Source of the DNA: Chiloscyllium plagiosum
Taxonomy: Eukaryota
Direction: 5' to 3'
Assembly (NCBI RefSeq): GCF_004010195.1
Contig: NC_057720.1
Location: 2,441,002-2,505,001, forward strand
DNA: 64,000 nucleotides
The notes under the pieces are model-generated. The model made no database searches and was not told the origin of the DNA. It saw nothing but the letters and a program-made list of their open reading frames with translations. Numbering within the stretch: position 1 is the stretch's first letter; the number at the start of each line of letters is the position of its first letter. This document shows positions 61,141-64,000 of this stretch, one piece after another. Both the position numbers and the translations under genes were made by a program.

Positions 61141-62275
61141 CTTGTCATTCATAGGTCAGCTTACACTGCCAGAGTTGAGCAAAAATAAATCAAAGTTGAA
61201 AATTCAATAATTGAAAGTAACTTGTGGATTTGTTGTGAGAAATATCTGTCCTATAAAGAAACAAATAGAAGTAATAGGTTATTTTGATTAGGTTTATGAA
61301 GAGTTAATTTATGATAAGTTCCACAGATTGGATTCCTTGAATTTAGACGATGAACAGAAATTGATTAAAAATAATTGATCGATTAAATGATGGCTAATTG
61401 TTTCCTCTGGTGGGAGAGTGCGAAGTAAGAAGAATCCTAAAATAACAACAAGACCAGTTAGGAATATTAACAGCGACATTTCTTCACACAAGGGGCAGTG
61501 AAATCTGGAATTCTACACCCCCTCCAACAAAAAGACACAAAAGCAGTTTAATCTTGGGGGTGGGGAGCCAAGTCAAAACTTCAAACTTGAGATTGATTGA
61601 TGTTGGTGTGGTAAGAAGATTGTGGAATATGAGATCCTTGATCCGCCATGATTTTATTGAATGGTGGAACAGACTAAAGAGGCTGAATGGTCTCCTCCTG
61701 CCCCACTGTCCTGATATGAGGAGAAAAGAAGTGTTTGAGTGGAGTATGAATATGAGCCTAAATGAGATGGACAGAATGGCCTGATTTGGTGATGTACGGT
61801 TCTGTCCGTGAGTACACAAAATAGGCCATCCAGCTTCAGCAGTTCGTGCGAATAACAGTCAATCACCATATTGCTCCCATTATCCCTTAATTCAATCTTG
61901 AATTTAGCTTAATCTTTTGAAAATAGCAGTGGAAATGAATTTCATTGCCTCTCCACTCTGCTATCTGTTGCTGTGGTAAACTTTCTTTGTTTCATCATTC
62001 ATCAATAACTTTTTATATTTGAAAACTCAGTTACTCCCAATTCTGTTCCTATCTCTCCTGGGATTACTGGAACACAGGTTGTGATCTTTCACCTACACAA
62101 AACCCTGGTTTGAACCAGACCCTGGGTCAGTGTGAGCATCTCCAGATACAGTATGTCTAGAAGGATCTGAAGATGTTGGCAGGAGAGCAGTATAGATTTA
62201 TTAGAAAGAAATCCGGACTCCAGGGTTAATGTACGCAGACAGAGTACACACACTAGTGTTGTATTCCTTCTAGAA

Positions 62276-62506
62276 CTGGGTTCCTAATGTGTGGTCAGAA
62301 CCCCAAGTGGGCTAACAAGGTAAAGGTTTCAGGGTTTCCTGTTCTGAGGGAGCCATGGTGTCAATGTAGCCGGCGCTGCCTATCAGCACCTCACCCCCAC
62401 TGTCACAGCCCCATCCCAAATCACTTTCTCGGATTTCACTGAGGGACTGCAATAATTTTCCAGCTTCAAAATGGGGTCACAGTGGGAAAATGTTTGGGAA
62501 GCCCTG
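62276..62506. mobile_element. Possible hAT-type MITE
   Basis: ctgggttcctaat... and ...tttgggaagccctg are imperfect terminal inverted repeats; accc/ggggtc subterminal motifs. Confidence 0.4.
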
Positions 62507-62539
62507 AATTTAGAAGGTTAAGGGATAGATTATTTAATT

Positions 62540-62643
62540 GTTCTGAGGAAGGGTCATTCGACCTGAAACGATAATTCTGATTTCTCTCCACAGATGCTGC
62601 CAGACCTGGTGAACTTTTACAGCAATTTCTGTTTTTTGCTGTT
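62540..62643 (+). mobile_element. Short hammerhead-type insertion
   Basis: gtt-CTGAGGA-A-GGGTC-attc-GACCT-GAA-ACGA-T; probable TSD GAT(T/G)ATTTAATT (62528-62539, 62644-62655). Confidence 0.8.
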
Positions 62644-63297
62644 GATGATTTAATTTACAACAAAGTTATTTCCCACAAGACAGCAATGACTTGATTTCAA
62701 GTGGAATTCTTTAACTGTAAAATGCTTTAAGAAATGTTAAAGAAATTAGAGGCTTTACTTCTTAAAACCTTCATCCTTGACCAACCCTTTGGTCTAGATG
62801 CAAAATCTCCTTCTGTGTCTCAGTGTCAAAACCTGATTGATCGTATTCCTGTGAACTGTCTTGGGATGTTTTACTGCTTTACAGTGACTATATAAATGAA
62901 AGAAACATTGCTGTTGTTGTTGATCGAGGGCACATTTGACTGATAAGTGTGGAAAAGTGTCCACAGATGTTTTCTGCAGGAATGTGTCTGCAAAGCGATT
63001 CTTTGATTGGTCTGGATGGTTCCTTTCTCCTGGTGTGAGCATATTGTCAGTCAGCAGGTCATATATAGCACCAGCAGCACAAGGGGGAAGCATGACCTTC
63101 CAAGGGTGTGCTGCCCAGAAAAGACTGAGTAATAAGACAGAAAGTGGAAGAAATCATTGCATTTTTATAATCGCTTTCACAACCAGGGAAGGTCGCAAAG
63201 ATCTTCACAACCTATAAAGTGCAGTCATTAATGTAATAGAGCCAAACAGAACAATCTATTTGCACACAGCAGGGTCTGCCAGAAACAACCTTTAATT

Positions 63298-63592
63298 TAG
63301 GGTATCACGATGGCTCAGTGGTTAGCACTACTGCCCCAGGGATCCAGGTTCAATTCCAGCCTCGGGCAACTGTCTGTGTAGAATTTGCACATTCTCCCCG
63401 TGTCTGTGTGGGTTTCCTCCCACAGTGCAAAGATGTGCAGGTCAGGTGAATTGGCCATGCTAAATTGCCCATAGTGTTAGGTACATTAGTCAGGGGTAAA
63501 TGTAGGGGAATGGGTCTGGGAGGATTACTCTTAGAGGGTCGGTGTGGACTTGGTGGGTCAAATGTTTCCATACCATAGGGAATCTAATTTAA
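63298..63592 (+). mobile_element. HE1-type V-SINE
   Basis: TGGCTCAGTGG and GGTTCAATTCC boxes, V-domain. Confidence 0.92.
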
Positions 63593-64000
63593 TCAAAGGA
63601 TCAAATCTTAACTCACTGTCTTCAAATTGTCTCCATTGGAACTTTGACATCCGAGAGGATATTGGACCTGTTCAGCTCCTAGCTTCTGTTGAATGGCTGT
63701 GGCCTCAAGGTCAAAGGTCTGCTGGTTCAAGCCCTGCTTCAGGTTTGGTAGTAATGAGGTAGTGCTCTGCATGGTTATACTATTGCTGCTAGCATACAGA
63801 TCCATATGGAAGCCCAGCTTTGAGCTCCCAGATCAGTCCGAAAGCTCTCCCAGTTGCGCAATGTTTGTGCTGTTTGATATAGCTGAAGATTATTGTAGAA
63901 GGCTCTGGAGTTGATGTCCATGTTACATTAACTCCACCCATTCTCCTGAGGTCACACACACTCTGTGGGGGTGGAGATGGGGAGTTCTCTTCGAGCTTTT

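Overview
This is repeat-saturated vertebrate DNA, almost certainly from a shark or ray: about a dozen HE1-type V-SINEs and their CR1/HER1-type partner LINEs are present. I find no recognisable host protein-coding gene, rRNA or true tRNA. The long ORFs in the track are retroelement fragments, their antisense frames, or low-complexity artefacts. The window contains many nested CR1 LINE pieces (SGNH ORF1, APE and RT ORF2), a second older CR1/L2-group LINE family, Rex1/Babar, L2 and RTE fragments, and Deu-SINEs. It also holds two decayed Gypsy elements (one with Gmr1-like integrase-before-RT order), a solo LTR, Tigger- and hAT-like MITEs, a Harbinger-type Myb/SANT relic and Penelope-like elements (PLEs). 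The most striking signal is about 20 minimal type-I hammerhead ribozyme motifs (CTGAnGA-n-stem II-GAA-palindrome-H) from four or five sequence families. They are carried by PLE termini and by short ORF-less insertions with 9-13 bp target-site duplications (TSDs). Many sit as head-to-head inverted pairs inside a single TSD. A diverged local duplication (1-2196 versus 37388-39798) supplies an empty-site control for one of these insertions. There is also a perfect 22-bp CpG/G-rich minisatellite grown out of a CR1 ORF2. All coordinates were read by eye; boundaries of old repeats are approximate.
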